Under the pieces are notes generated by a model that was not told where the DNA came from, did not search any database, and saw only the letters and a list, made by a program, of their open reading frames with translations. From a bacterium (GTDB taxonomy: Bacteria > SM23-31), in assembly GCA_965249485.1 (NCBI GenBank), contig OZ252239.1, forward strand, positions 64,001-128,000: a stretch of 64,000 bases of DNA, in the 5' to 3' direction. Every line of letters starts with the position of its first letter. The first letter of the stretch is position 1. The translations under genes and the position numbers were made by a program. This document shows, piece by piece, positions 1 through 10,098 of this stretch.

Positions 1-252
1 ATATGGATGTGGTGGATCATCTTTATTTACGACACGAGCAAATGCGGGTACAGACCAAACTCCCCAATGCGTATAAATTCCAAATTTGGCATCCTTGAGC
101 CATTCTGGTGTGGAATGGTTTTTAAGTGAATTCCAAGTGGGCTTATAGGGTTCTTCACTACTAGAGTTTTTTGTGCATGAAGTAAAGTTGCTCAGTATCA
201 TGATCCCCATAATGAGCACTCCTATGAGTAAAAATTTAGACGTGTTAAACAT
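1..252 (-). CDS. Alpha-L-fucosidase (GH29), lipoprotein; N-terminal part only, continues beyond window start
   Basis: Hand translation from ATG at 252: [26 protein letters not shown]...[35 protein letters not shown], the typical GH29 N-terminal motif; not in the ORF track. Confidence 0.85.
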   Translation of the reverse strand, partial: MFNTSKFLLIGVLIMGIMILSNFTSCTKNSSSEEPYKPTWNSLKNHSTPEWLKDAKFGIYTHWGVWSVPAFARVVNKDDPPHPY

Positions 253-526
253 GATTTCTCCTGATGAGTTTGAGTTATTAACTGATAATTCCCACATCAA
301 TTCTCTAAAAGAAAATTAATTGGGATTTTGTTGAACTATGATGCCAAGTTAACAAATGAACCTTTCAATCACAAACAAGTAATGTCTTTTGAGGAATCAA
401 CATAGCATCATTGTACCACCATGCCAAATCCATGCTGGCAAGAATTGGTACGAATTATAGTTATAATATTTATTCGAGATAAATCAAATAGTATGTAACT
501 CCTCTGGTTGTACAAATTGTAGACTG

Positions 527-1933
527 TTATTTAATAATATAAAGCTCCATTTGTGGTGGAGAAAAATACTCGACTCCACGTTCTGTGGCAATCGCCTCCT
601 CGTGATCCCAAAAAAATAAATATTGGTCTTCGTTTTTGTTGGATGTAGGCGATGGCATATAGAAAAAATATTCCATAACAAATTGGTAATTGGGTGAGAG
701 TGGTATATCATACGTCCAGTCCGGACCATAAGAACCGATCCTGGGGCCAAAATAAGTATTATGCTTCCTCTCACTCGCTCCTTTTCCATAGCCATGAGCG
801 TCGATTGTAAGGTGCGTTTTTTCAGGATCATAACCCGCAGCATACACGGGAAAATCGTTCTTTGGCTGAACCATATGTAATTGGGGATCCCTGACAATAA
901 TTCCGGCTTCCTCGAATTTCCGTTTGTAGTCTTGAATTATTTCACGTGAGGTACGACCCGCCCTGATGGTTTCTTCAAGAATCTTTTCGATTTTCAGATA
1001 CTCTGCCCAGAGTTTTTTGATTTCCAGAGGCGGTTCAGACTCTCCTTCTCGGAGCACATAGGCGTACATTCCCTCGCCTACTGCTGCAAGGATGTCACCA
1101 CCCTGGACCACACTGTTTTCCCAACCTGCACTCCTTCCCCTTTGTGATAGTCCCGTGCTCATCCGGCGAAAGACAGTCACTTCTCCTCCACGAGCTGGTG
1201 TTACACCCGGAACGACCTCATCAAAGGTTTCCTTTACACGTTCAACTTCATCCTTACGCATTATCTTGAATAACTCGATTTCGCTCGGCACTGTTCTTTT
1301 AATGTAATCCACCATTACGTGTTCAGACGAGACCAGCCTGTTGGTATATGTGTCACCAAGTTCTTTTGTCAATAAGAGGTAGTCTGTATGGGAAATACCG
1401 TCTTCTGCTCTACTGGAAGTCGCCCACGTTCCCAGGTTTTCCCTGTAATTTACCGCAATACGTTTGGGGTCACGTGCTTCAACAAATTCTCTGAGGCCTT
1501 TAAATCGGTAGTCATATTCCGTCATCGGGCTTGACACCGGTTCCCCCACAAAAACCGGATTGTGGATAATATCGTAGGCTCCACTTGCTTCAACCAGCGC
1601 TTCCACCTCTCCCCTTTGACGCTGTGTAGCTCCCCAGCGACGTCCGAGAACCGCGCGTTCGATCCGGTCACCCCCACGGTCTGTGAAAACAAAGAGACCG
1701 GAGGTACTGCCCAGTTCTTCTGTACCAAATGCATCGGGAACTGCCACTCGCATCACATGAATCCACATGTCAACATTATTCTTCCTCATAGCATGGGGCA
1801 GATCGAGGTCAAACTTTTCCCGGCGAATCCGGTTATTCCACTCCTGAAGATCGTCCGTTTCCTGGGCCTGTGCATTTGCAAAAGGGACAGTGAACAGCAC
1901 AGCAAATAAAAAAATCACACCTCGATATTTCAT
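527..1933 (-). CDS. Secreted M24 (Xaa-Pro aminopeptidase-like) family protein, subgroup A
   Basis: Signal peptide; DMWIHV, DGISHT, IDAHG, VMEY and C-terminal HEEAIATERGVEY; aligns by eye to the canonical copy at 50964..52286. Confidence 0.75.
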   Translation of the reverse strand: MKYRGVIFLFAVLFTVPFANAQAQETDDLQEWNNRIRREKFDLDLPHAMRKNNVDMWIHVMRVAVPDAFGTEELGSTSGLFVFTDRGGDRIERAVLGRRWGATQRQRGEVEALVEASGAYDIIHNPVFVGEPVSSPMTEYDYRFKGLREFVEARDPKRIAVNYRENLGTWATSSRAEDGISHTDYLLLTKELGDTYTNRLVSSEHVMVDYIKRTVPSEIELFKIMRKDEVERVKETFDEVVPGVTPARGGEVTVFRRMSTGLSQRGRSAGWENSVVQGGDILAAVGEGMYAYVLREGESEPPLEIKKLWAEYLKIEKILEETIRAGRTSREIIQDYKRKFEEAGIIVRDPQLHMVQPKNDFPVYAAGYDPEKTHLTIDAHGYGKGASERKHNTYFGPRIGSYGPDWTYDIPLSPNYQFVMEYFFYMPSPTSNKNEDQYLFFWDHEEAIATERGVEYFSPPQMELYIIK

Positions 1934-2081
1934 GAATTTCTCCTCCCTTGGTTAAACTGATATTCCCAATATCAATACTCTGAATGAGCTTAATTATACG
2001 TTTGTATTTAAAGAAGATAAATAATTAAATGTGATATACTTTAATCAGAGTGCACTGGTTTCTTTGATATGTTTGATATAA

Positions 2082-2110
2082 ATAGTAAAGTATGTAATCT
2101 ACTCATACAA
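2082..2110 (-). promoter_or_regulatory. sigma70-like promoter next to the cassette-boundary repeat
   Basis: Minus strand TTGTAT-17bp-TACTAT; same spacing in other copies. Confidence 0.55.
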
Positions 2111-2119
2111 GTGATTTCT

Positions 2120-2149
2120 GATCTTCGGGCTGTACGATTTGCGAACTTT
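2120..2149 (+). repeat. Cassette-boundary (att-like) repeat
   Basis: gatcttcgggctgtacgatttgcgaacttt. Confidence 0.9.
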
Positions 2150-2301
2150 GAAGTAAAATTGATTTGCAGAAATTAAGAAAATTTGTATGGAACTTATTGA
2201 TTAAAAGATAGAATTTTACGCTGTAATAATATTGCTTAGGAAGAGAAAACTGAAAAACAGCTGAATTTCTACTGAGGGAGGTTTTAAAAACGGGGAGTGG
2301 A

Positions 2302-2712
2302 TTATTTAGTTGTTATCTCGAAGGCTCCTCCACCTTTAGTAAATAATCCGTATCGAGAAGCTGCTTCCAAAGGTCTCAAATACTGAATCTTCACAATGGA
2401 TTCAGTAGGAACATATGTCAGACTTTCTGCGTTTCCTAAATAAACTCCATCAAGAAAAACAGAATCCTCAATTGGTGCAAGATTTCTGTCCTCTGTGAGC
2501 CGAATTGATATATTGGTCATTACAGAGTAATCCAATAAATTAGGTCTCAATACCCTGATTACATCATGAGCTGTATACAGTCTCCCTTCAGAGCGCTCAA
2601 TTTCTTCAGCAAGGATAAGATTTCGATTCCCCTGTACGGATTTTCTACCGGACATTGACGAACAACCGATGCTTACTATTATGAGTAAAATCAAAACATA
2701 AAAGCAACGCAT
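2302..2712 (-). CDS. Lipoprotein with stand-alone TonB-dependent receptor plug-like domain
   Basis: Lipobox SIGC; VFLDG...IVKIQYLRPLEAASRYG...GGAFEITTK resembles the plug C-terminal motif. Confidence 0.65.
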   Translation of the reverse strand: MRCFYVLILLIIVSIGCSSMSGRKSVQGNRNLILAEEIERSEGRLYTAHDVIRVLRPNLLDYSVMTNISIRLTEDRNLAPIEDSVFLDGVYLGNAESLTYVPTESIVKIQYLRPLEAASRYGLFTKGGGAFEITTK

Positions 2713-2960
2713 AAGAATACTCTCGTGAAGTTAATTTTATTTTCGGATATATAATATGTATGTATGTCGTCAGAATATATCGGACTTTACTATTCCAATA
2801 TTGATGAAACTTTTTGAACATTCAAGATTTATATCCGAGCTCAAGGCTTTATACGCAACAATGAAGCCTTTTTCCAAACATATCTGCCACCTCATTACGT
2901 AGAAAGTACCGAACGGTACGGAAATTAGGTTAGAGGCGAGATTATAATTTAATAAAACAC

Positions 2961-2985
2961 GCTTCGGGCTGTACGTCCTGCACTC
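2961..2985 (+). repeat. Cassette-boundary repeat (right half degenerate)
   Basis: gcttcgggctgtacgtcctgcactc, ~18 nt from the stop codon of the TPR gene. Confidence 0.75.
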
Positions 2986-3003
2986 AATAGAAGATTGACC
3001 GTT

Positions 3004-3555
3004 TTACGGGTCTTTACTACTAATTTCTTGAGCCTGTTCCTCTAGATTTTTTGCTTCCTCATTTTTGCCTATCCTCCTGTAAAGCACTGCCAGATAATCT
3101 ATTGTAATATCTAAATCGGGGTGTTCTGGCCCGTTGACTTTTTCGTATATTTCCAACGCCCGCTCATAATGAGGGTTCGCTTCGTTATAATAACCATTAT
3201 TCCAATACAAATTTGCCAGATTGTTCAGGGTAGTCGCAACACTGGGATGTTCAGGCCCCAGACTCTCCTCATTTATTTTTAATGCCCGTTTGTAAACACT
3301 TTCAGCGCTTACAACCTTATCCCGTTTAACAAACACTAATCCCAGGTTATTTAAGATTTTTGCCACTTCAGGATGGTCAGGTCCAAACGTTTTTTCGGCT
3401 TCTTCTAAAGCTCTCATACCCACGTCTTCAGCTTCAAAATATTTCCTTTGTTGGATAAGTTCCTCAAATTCTACAATGAGTTTTTTCTGCTCTGTTGCAC
3501 ATGAAAGGCATAGTGTAATAAATATGATATTTGTTAAAAATAATCTGTACTTCAT
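3004..3555 (-). CDS. Tetratricopeptide-repeat lipoprotein (kinesin-light-chain-like TPR)
   Basis: Repeats of GP(D/E)HP.VA..LNNL; probable start MKYRLF at 3555 with lipobox CLSC (ORF track extends to 3684). Confidence 0.85.
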   Translation of the reverse strand: MKYRLFLTNIIFITLCLSCATEQKKLIVEFEELIQQRKYFEAEDVGMRALEEAEKTFGPDHPEVAKILNNLGLVFVKRDKVVSAESVYKRALKINEESLGPEHPSVATTLNNLANLYWNNGYYNEANPHYERALEIYEKVNGPEHPDLDITIDYLAVLYRRIGKNEEAKNLEEQAQEISSKDP

Positions 3556-3680
3556 TTTGAATATCATCCTGTTTAAAGTAAATAGATGATTTATTATCTT
3601 TATACTGTTCATGATCTGAACATGTTTATACTTTAAATTAATTATTACGGCAAAAAGTTTCATTTCACATGTGTTTTTTT

Positions 3681-3709
3681 TCACCCTGGGCCGAATGTTT
3701 TGCGAACCT
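3681..3709 (+). repeat. Cassette-boundary repeat (degenerate)
   Basis: tcaccctgggccgaatgttttgcgaacct. Confidence 0.6.
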
Positions 3710-3749
3710 CTTAAGTAGACTTAAAATGCAGTTTTTTGAAGCAATATAT

Positions 3750-3795
3750 TGAGCACTGCAGGACTCGAATCTGCGGTCAACTGATTATGAGTCAG
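3750..3795 (-). pseudogene. tRNA 3'-half remnant, CAT anticodon (Ile2/Met)
   Basis: Reverse complement ctga-CTCATAA-tcag ttgacc gcaga-TTCGAGT-cctgc agtgctca gives anticodon arm, T arm and acceptor 3' strand; no D arm or 5' acceptor strand. Confidence 0.7.
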
Positions 3796-4019
3796 AAATG
3801 TATATTATGTAATTATTCTCTATAAACTCAATATAAACAGATGCCTAAGCACACGGCTGCTGCATTTATTTTCAACCAATTCCATGTCACAGATGCGATA
3901 AATAACGCCAAACCTCACCACTATTGGCAAGGTTTGGAATAATTCTATTTATAACATCGATCAGAGATTAACATAGAGTATGCAAATACCCAGAATGTAC
4001 AATGTGTGTGCCTTTAAAC

Positions 4020-5450
4020 TCAAGGAATTACTATAATTCGTTCATTTGGCGGATGTAGAAATTCTACTCCCCGGCTGGATACGATGTGATTACCTTCTAT
4101 ATTAATAGAAACAGGAAAACCAGGTCTTAGTGTAGGAAGGTTCGTATGAACCACATATTCAAAAGAGAAAAAATGATTCTCTTCAATCGTCAAATGATCC
4201 CTGTCTGACCGAAATGGCGAAACCGAGGGTCCGACAGTGTCCAGACCACCATTATGTTGACCCTCAGCATGCAAATCTATCATAAATCCTGACTTATCAG
4301 TATTCGCTAACACCCGCTGTATAAGCCTATATTCTTCAACATTTCTATCCGCCAAAGGTGTGTATATATAGCCTGCATCTTCCATAGCCGAGACGAGAAT
4401 CTTCAACGTTTCTCCGGCAGTCCTGCCAACTTTTATATTCTTCCGAAGGATCTCTTGAGCTGCCAGCGCACGATCAAACGCATGCTGTATTTCCTCGGGA
4501 ACACCTGTTTCACCTTCCCTCAATATATATGCATTACGTTTATAATCTGTCTGAAAGTAGTCCAGATATCGAACACTCGTATCAAAGGTGAAAAAATCAC
4601 CCCGCTGAAGAACATAGTCGGCTTTATTAAAAAAATATCTGACATCAGGCGGATCTTCGAGTTTGGATACTGCCGAATAGAGAACCCGGGGGCCCCCGGA
4701 CCCAATACTATATCCTGTTAAATGCCGCTTAAAATATTCATTCTTAACCCACGTGCCTACATCACCTATCGTCGTAACACCCGGCGTGATCACTTCGCGA
4801 GATTCAGCACGTTCAAGTATCTGACGATGTACTTCCAGTGCATTGGTCATGGCTGTCACTTCCCTGAGAATCCTTCTTCCCCTGAAAGCGGTGATCAGGT
4901 GCTCCGCAGACACAATTCTCCCGGAATATTTCGGCCCTAATATTTTTTCCAGTTTAACATATTGAGAATATGAAATCCCATCCGCCATAGAGAGCCAATC
5001 GGATGTATTGACTGCAATTCGTTTCGGATCACGCTCTGTAACAAATTCTGTTATTTCGTCATAGACCGAGAAGTCCTGGGTGTTATAATCATAACCTTCT
5101 ATCGCTCGAGCAATTTCGTCAGAGCCATGTACGTCAATTTTTTCAACAGCTCCTCCACTGCCAAAGGCAGCCCGCTCAATCCTGTCTCCCAGGTCTGTAA
5201 AAATCAAATAACCGAAAGTTGATCCAAATTCATATTCCATTGGATCAGGGTCACTAGGACGAGTGACATGGATCCACATGTCAATATTGTTATCCCGCAT
5301 TGCTCCCGGTAGTATTAGGTCAAGCTTTTCGTTTCTTATCAGACGAATAACTTCTGCACCAGTCGTTGACGTATGTACTCCCGGCTGCGCGTATGCAAAA
5401 GATACGGTGAACATCACAGATAGTAAAAATGCCACTATTCGAGATTGCAT
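4020..5450 (-). CDS. Secreted M24 family metallopeptidase, subgroup B
   Basis: Signal peptide; putative ligands TFDT, TDYK, IDLH, SFEY, NIEGN. Confidence 0.8.
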   Translation of the reverse strand: MQSRIVAFLLSVMFTVSFAYAQPGVHTSTTGAEVIRLIRNEKLDLILPGAMRDNNIDMWIHVTRPSDPDPMEYEFGSTFGYLIFTDLGDRIERAAFGSGGAVEKIDVHGSDEIARAIEGYDYNTQDFSVYDEITEFVTERDPKRIAVNTSDWLSMADGISYSQYVKLEKILGPKYSGRIVSAEHLITAFRGRRILREVTAMTNALEVHRQILERAESREVITPGVTTIGDVGTWVKNEYFKRHLTGYSIGSGGPRVLYSAVSKLEDPPDVRYFFNKADYVLQRGDFFTFDTSVRYLDYFQTDYKRNAYILREGETGVPEEIQHAFDRALAAQEILRKNIKVGRTAGETLKILVSAMEDAGYIYTPLADRNVEEYRLIQRVLANTDKSGFMIDLHAEGQHNGGLDTVGPSVSPFRSDRDHLTIEENHFFSFEYVVHTNLPTLRPGFPVSINIEGNHIVSSRGVEFLHPPNERIIVIP

Positions 5451-5522
5451 GGCTTGCTCCTCAGTTAACTTTTGACATTAATTATTATGTTAAGCATTTC
5501 ACTTTTGCAATTATTATTCAAC

Positions 5523-5548
5523 TTCTCGAGCTGTATGATTTATGAACC
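5523..5548 (+). repeat. Cassette-boundary repeat (degenerate)
   Basis: ttctcgagctgtatgatttatgaacc. Confidence 0.65.
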
Positions 5549-5592
5549 ATTTTAATGGTAATCTACAACACTTCGACAGTTTAATCGCTACA

Positions 5593-7176
5593 CTACCATG
5601 GCCTGGGCGATAAACGGGGAAGCTTTTCATCACGCATAGCAGCATGATATAAAAAGGTCGCCACAACCACCGATGACTGCATCATTCCTTCCGGAAAGAG
5701 ACGTTCATATGTGTCCATATTAACGTGTGCGATATAGTCAAGCATATCATATGCATCTTGATCAAACTTCAAGCCAAGCAATCCGACGCCCTTTAATCCT
5801 GCACCTGGGTTGTTACCGACGTAAATATGTTCAAATCCAATGCTATGCAAGGGCTTTATCCATTCTTTAAATATTCCCCGGAGAACTTCACTTCCCCCAG
5901 CTTGAATACCCCTCATAGCGCTGGGACCGAGATCCTGATTAAACGTTATGACATGATTATCATAATCCTTTTTGTACTCCTTTGTTCTTGGGTCGGCAAA
6001 GTGTTTGTAGACATGCATCGTTTGACCTGTATCTCCGGAGCCATCGTGTCCTCCCCAGAGACCAAGACGGATAGTCCTCCGGGGTTTAACCCCGATTGCC
6101 TTGAGAATACGCATCGCTTCTATGGCAGTAGTTGAACCTGCAGCGTTATCTATGGCTCCGGTTCCGTGAGGTAAAGACTGAAGGTGAGCGGCATTTATGA
6201 CTATTTCATCCGCCAGGTCTGTACCCGGAATCTCGGCAATGACATTATAATCATTCGGATCGCCTCTGTAAAGGGTTGTACTGACTTCGAGTTCCATTTC
6301 GACAGGAATGCCCTCTTCAAGAATATGCAGTATCCGGTTATAATGTTCAACTGCCAAAACCAGCTCCAGGGGCCTGTCTGGCGCATTCACGTCCCATGGC
6401 TTCTCTATATTATTGTATCTGCCCGTTCCGGCAACGGTTCCGAAATAATGGACCGGATCCGTTTTTGCAATTGCAACGGCACCTTCGGCAAATACAAAAT
6501 CAACAATCTGCTGTTTCAATTCGCTGGGGCCGCGATTGCGACGCTCTCTGGGGGCAGGTGGAATAATAGGCCTTTTCTCCTGCTCACCGAGCCATTCGTC
6601 GGACCTCTTCATGGGATAGCCGTTTTCATGGCGATAGGTGTTTGCCCGGTTCCACATTTGGACACCCATGTAGGGCGAGATTTCCTGTATTGGCAATATG
6701 AATACGATTCGGTCTCTTAATTTCCCATGGTATTGTTCCAGATCCCTTACTGACGTAATTTCATCAAAATTGATGTGGATTGCCTGCGCCCGGACCTTCC
6801 CATTTGTACCGGACGACCACAGTGCAGGGTACGCAATGATCGGCACATAATCAGGCTCCATCATGTGCACAGAAACGTAGTCAAAATCCCAGCCATTACC
6901 AAACTCATACGGCTCGAGGTGGGCATTGGTGAGACCATACTCTTTGAGCCGGTCCCGGGCCCATTCTGCTGCTGCACGATACGAAGGCGTTTTAGACATC
7001 CGTCCGCCAAAAATATTGGTCAGCATATGGGCATTTTCCATAACATCAGAATTTTCAAATTCAAATTCCATGAGCTTCTGCACAACATCGTAATAGACTT
7101 TTTCCTGTGCAGATACGGAAGATACTGACATAACCAATAAAAATAAACCGGCCATGAAAAAACGCATAGTTTTCAT
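5593..7176 (-). CDS. Secreted M28/M20-type peptidase-like protein with atypical active site
   Basis: NVIAEIPGTD..EIVINAAHLQS..GTGAIDNAAG..PRRTIRLGLWGG; AGGAGG RBS before ATG at 7176. Confidence 0.8.
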   Translation of the reverse strand: MKTMRFFMAGLFLLVMSVSSVSAQEKVYYDVVQKLMEFEFENSDVMENAHMLTNIFGGRMSKTPSYRAAAEWARDRLKEYGLTNAHLEPYEFGNGWDFDYVSVHMMEPDYVPIIAYPALWSSGTNGKVRAQAIHINFDEITSVRDLEQYHGKLRDRIVFILPIQEISPYMGVQMWNRANTYRHENGYPMKRSDEWLGEQEKRPIIPPAPRERRNRGPSELKQQIVDFVFAEGAVAIAKTDPVHYFGTVAGTGRYNNIEKPWDVNAPDRPLELVLAVEHYNRILHILEEGIPVEMELEVSTTLYRGDPNDYNVIAEIPGTDLADEIVINAAHLQSLPHGTGAIDNAAGSTTAIEAMRILKAIGVKPRRTIRLGLWGGHDGSGDTGQTMHVYKHFADPRTKEYKKDYDNHVITFNQDLGPSAMRGIQAGGSEVLRGIFKEWIKPLHSIGFEHIYVGNNPGAGLKGVGLLGLKFDQDAYDMLDYIAHVNMDTYERLFPEGMMQSSVVVATFLYHAAMRDEKLPRLSPRPW

Positions 7177-7354
7177 AACACCTCCTGATATAGGTTTATT
7201 TGATAGAATAAATATCAATGTTCTAAAAAATATTTATCTAACTTAAATAAGAATGTGATGCAATGTAGAATTGTGATGTGTGTTGCCAAAGCATCTTTGG
7301 CACATTGGAATAATATTATAAGGAATGTAATTTGTTTCTCCAAGGACTTTTTAA

Positions 7355-7378
7355 TCTTCGGGTTGTGCGATATGCGAA
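7355..7378 (+). repeat. Cassette-boundary repeat
   Basis: tcttcgggttgtgcgatatgcgaa. Confidence 0.8.
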
Positions 7379-7406
7379 AATTTAGATTGAGTTTCATTCA
7401 TGCATA

Positions 7407-8216
7407 TTAAGGATTTGGCTGAATTGCAAATGTCTGAGCACTGTAATCCCCGTCAGGCAAGACAGTAGGTAATTTATATTGTGGATCGGTGAGCAGTGCA
7501 TACAAAAAAGGGTCGCCGGTTTGTACTGTTTCTCTTGTTCTCAAATCCCATTGATCTTTTCCTCGCTCGAATGTCCCGGGATAATCCTGTCCTCCAAGTA
7601 TCGATGTTAAACCCCAATGAATATACTCAGATATCTGGCAATCATAATCACACGTTTCGTCATAATACGTGTGCCAGGCATCTTCGGGATATTGCTCAGG
7701 AACCTCTTCGAAATATCCCCCTCTCGCTGCTTCCGATGCTTTTGCAATCTCTGTCCCGGGTACTCTGCCAAAAACTGAAGGATAGGCACCTTTCCAACCG
7801 TAGTCAGTTATCAAGTGCAGGATTTCTTCAAGTGCTTCATTATACATTCCGTTTTCTCCATTCGGGCGTATGTTATCAGTCCAGACATTTTGCCAATTAG
7901 GGGATGGGAGAAATTTTCTGTCAATTGCCCGCAAATCTTCCTGGTTTGTTGCAACAATCTGAGTAGCGTTCGCCTTAATCATCGCATCGACGATTTTCTG
8001 GTTGTCCGGGACGCCATCTTCGTCATTATCAAGATACTCGGCCAGAACGTTGGCGGCATGAAGCATTTTATCGTCAGGTGAAGCTGCAGTTCCATAAACG
8101 TGAATACCAAATACCTCGATATGTTTGGGAAAAGGACTGGTTACCGGGTTAGCAGAACTGCAAACAACAAGTAAAAAGACTAATACAATTGACCATACAG
8201 ATAAAATGAATTTCAT
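7407..8216 (-). CDS. Lipoprotein of unknown function, possible zincin-like metalloprotease (EExxH)
   Basis: Lipobox-like VVC; YLDNDEDG.PDN, LEEILHLIT, EY.HW; paralogue of 14385..15197. Confidence 0.6.
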   Translation of the reverse strand: MKFILSVWSIVLVFLLVVCSSANPVTSPFPKHIEVFGIHVYGTAASPDDKMLHAANVLAEYLDNDEDGVPDNQKIVDAMIKANATQIVATNQEDLRAIDRKFLPSPNWQNVWTDNIRPNGENGMYNEALEEILHLITDYGWKGAYPSVFGRVPGTEIAKASEAARGGYFEEVPEQYPEDAWHTYYDETCDYDCQISEYIHWGLTSILGGQDYPGTFERGKDQWDLRTRETVQTGDPFLYALLTDPQYKLPTVLPDGDYSAQTFAIQPNP

Positions 8217-8273
8217 TATTACACCTCAATGATTGTTGTACAATATTAGATCAATGTAGACTTTATTATTTTA

Positions 8274-8302
8274 ATAGCAAGGTATGCTAATTTTCTTTAC
8301 AA
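8274..8302 (-). promoter_or_regulatory. sigma70-like promoter next to the repeat
   Basis: TTGTAA-17bp-TGCTAT. Confidence 0.5.
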
Positions 8303-8310
8303 ATATTATT

Positions 8311-8341
8311 GTTCACCGGGCTGTACCATGTGCGAGCCTTT
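8311..8341 (+). repeat. Cassette-boundary repeat
   Basis: gttcaccgggctgtaccatgtgcgagccttt. Confidence 0.8.
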
Positions 8342-8417
8342 TAGCCTGAAGTAAAAAAAATACAAAGCTCGTCACCTGCTGCATGTTTAGTAAAAAACAA
8401 TTTCTAAAAAGTCTCTT

Positions 8418-9881
8418 CTATTTAATGAGATAATACTCGGTCTGCCGTCCACCGGGATATATCATTCCGTTGGGAGTAAACGCCATAACATTTTCAGAAA
8501 ATATAATTACTTTTTGATTGTCCCATTCCGGAACCTCATACTGCACATCCATTTCAAACGCATATACGGTATTGTATTGAAGCGGATAGTCAGCGCTGCC
8601 TACTTGAAATCTTGATGTTGGACGCAAGTCATATTGAGCTCCCTCCCTCCTGCGGCGCTCTGATCTTCTCGGCTCAGAGTTTATAAATATTCCGGCGTAA
8701 TAGACATTACGTGGCAAAAATCCTCCAACAAGATCATAATATAGGAAATAATAACTAAGATGATGACAATAAATCTTTGGCCGAATTCCCTCCTGTCGTG
8801 CCCTCTCTGCAGCAGTCCGGCCGATCTCATACCCGGATCGTCCCTGCTTCATCTCCTCACCAATAATGTCCTGCAATCTGATTACGTGTATTAAAGCTTC
8901 TTTGAGACCTTGAGGAGCATCAGTCTCACCTTCTTTTAGGACATATGCCATTTGCTGGATATCTGTATTTAGACCAAGATACTTGATTCCAGTATCACAA
9001 AATATAAGGTCGCCACGCCTGATCACCGTGTTCAGTCCGTTCATCGGCGAAGGATTATCTATATAACGGTCATCCAGAATTCTAAAATACTCATCATCAT
9101 CATCATATTTAGTCCGTTCCCTGCGGCTTCTTTGCACGGTGATAGTGGGATGATTATTTGTATCTATTCCTATATCAACATATTTCTGCCTGATCCACCA
9201 GTTAAGTTCATCGGTGGTGGTAACATCAGGAATGACTATTTTATTGGAAAAAGCCTCAGCAATAACGTCATGGGCAACCCCAACAACATGTCTGAAAACA
9301 CTGAGCTCTTCGGGAGTCCTGGCTTCATACCACCAGATACTCACCATTTTAGCAGATACTAATCGGGATGCATAGTTACTGCCGATCCTGCTTTCCAGTT
9401 CTGCTTTGTCAGATTCAGAAAAACCATAGTTATATTGTCCCCATTCGTTCATCACATTAATTCCTATCTTTTGGGGATCCCGTTCTCTAATTATTTCTTC
9501 AAGGTCATCAAATCTTCCTGTTAACCACTCAATTCCAGTTTTGTTGCCTCTGTCATAAAAAATGAGGAAGGAAGGTGTATTTTGAACAAGTCCTTCTTCA
9601 TTGGACTGCAGTAACGAAAAGTAAAAAGCCTCTTCATTGTTACGGACGATCCACATGTCAATTCCTCCCCTGATCATCACTTCAGGCAGCACAGTCTTCT
9701 GCTTCAATTTTAATAATCGGTTCATTACCTTAACTTGCTGCCAGATGGGTAAGACATTTTTACTGTCCCCCACAGATTCGATACCAAAATTCTGAGCATA
9801 AGAAATACTGAATGTCATTAATAACACTGGTATAATAAAAATATGTAAAGTTCGTTTTGTATTCACCGATTCATCCTCCAC
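8418..9881 (-). CDS. Secreted M24 family metallopeptidase, subgroup C
   Basis: IDMWI; FCDTG, TDIQ, YCHH, AFEM, SEN; related to 50964..52286. Confidence 0.8.
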   Translation of the reverse strand: MEDESVNTKRTLHIFIIPVLLMTFSISYAQNFGIESVGDSKNVLPIWQQVKVMNRLLKLKQKTVLPEVMIRGGIDMWIVRNNEEAFYFSLLQSNEEGLVQNTPSFLIFYDRGNKTGIEWLTGRFDDLEEIIRERDPQKIGINVMNEWGQYNYGFSESDKAELESRIGSNYASRLVSAKMVSIWWYEARTPEELSVFRHVVGVAHDVIAEAFSNKIVIPDVTTTDELNWWIRQKYVDIGIDTNNHPTITVQRSRRERTKYDDDDEYFRILDDRYIDNPSPMNGLNTVIRRGDLIFCDTGIKYLGLNTDIQQMAYVLKEGETDAPQGLKEALIHVIRLQDIIGEEMKQGRSGYEIGRTAAERARQEGIRPKIYCHHLSYYFLYYDLVGGFLPRNVYYAGIFINSEPRRSERRRREGAQYDLRPTSRFQVGSADYPLQYNTVYAFEMDVQYEVPEWDNQKVIIFSENVMAFTPNGMIYPGGRQTEYYLIK

Positions 9882-10098
9882 TATTACTGATATTAAATTC
9901 AGTTGATTTGGTAAATTTTGTTAAATACTTGATAGAAGAACAAAAAAGTAAAACTCTATTTATCATTTGATGAGCGTTGTCAAAATCTTCATTTACTTTG
10001 ATAAAAATTCTGAAAAGCTTTAAGCAATTACACGTGCTTTTTCCTATTTACAGACAAATTATTACTATCGTAAAAACAAACTTCTGCAAAGCCTGATA

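Noticed and set aside
7284..7302. Perfect inverted repeat tgccaaag-cat-ctttggca
   Set aside because: Single short hairpin with no U tract; loose look-alikes at ~422 and ~3907 are too weak to call a family.
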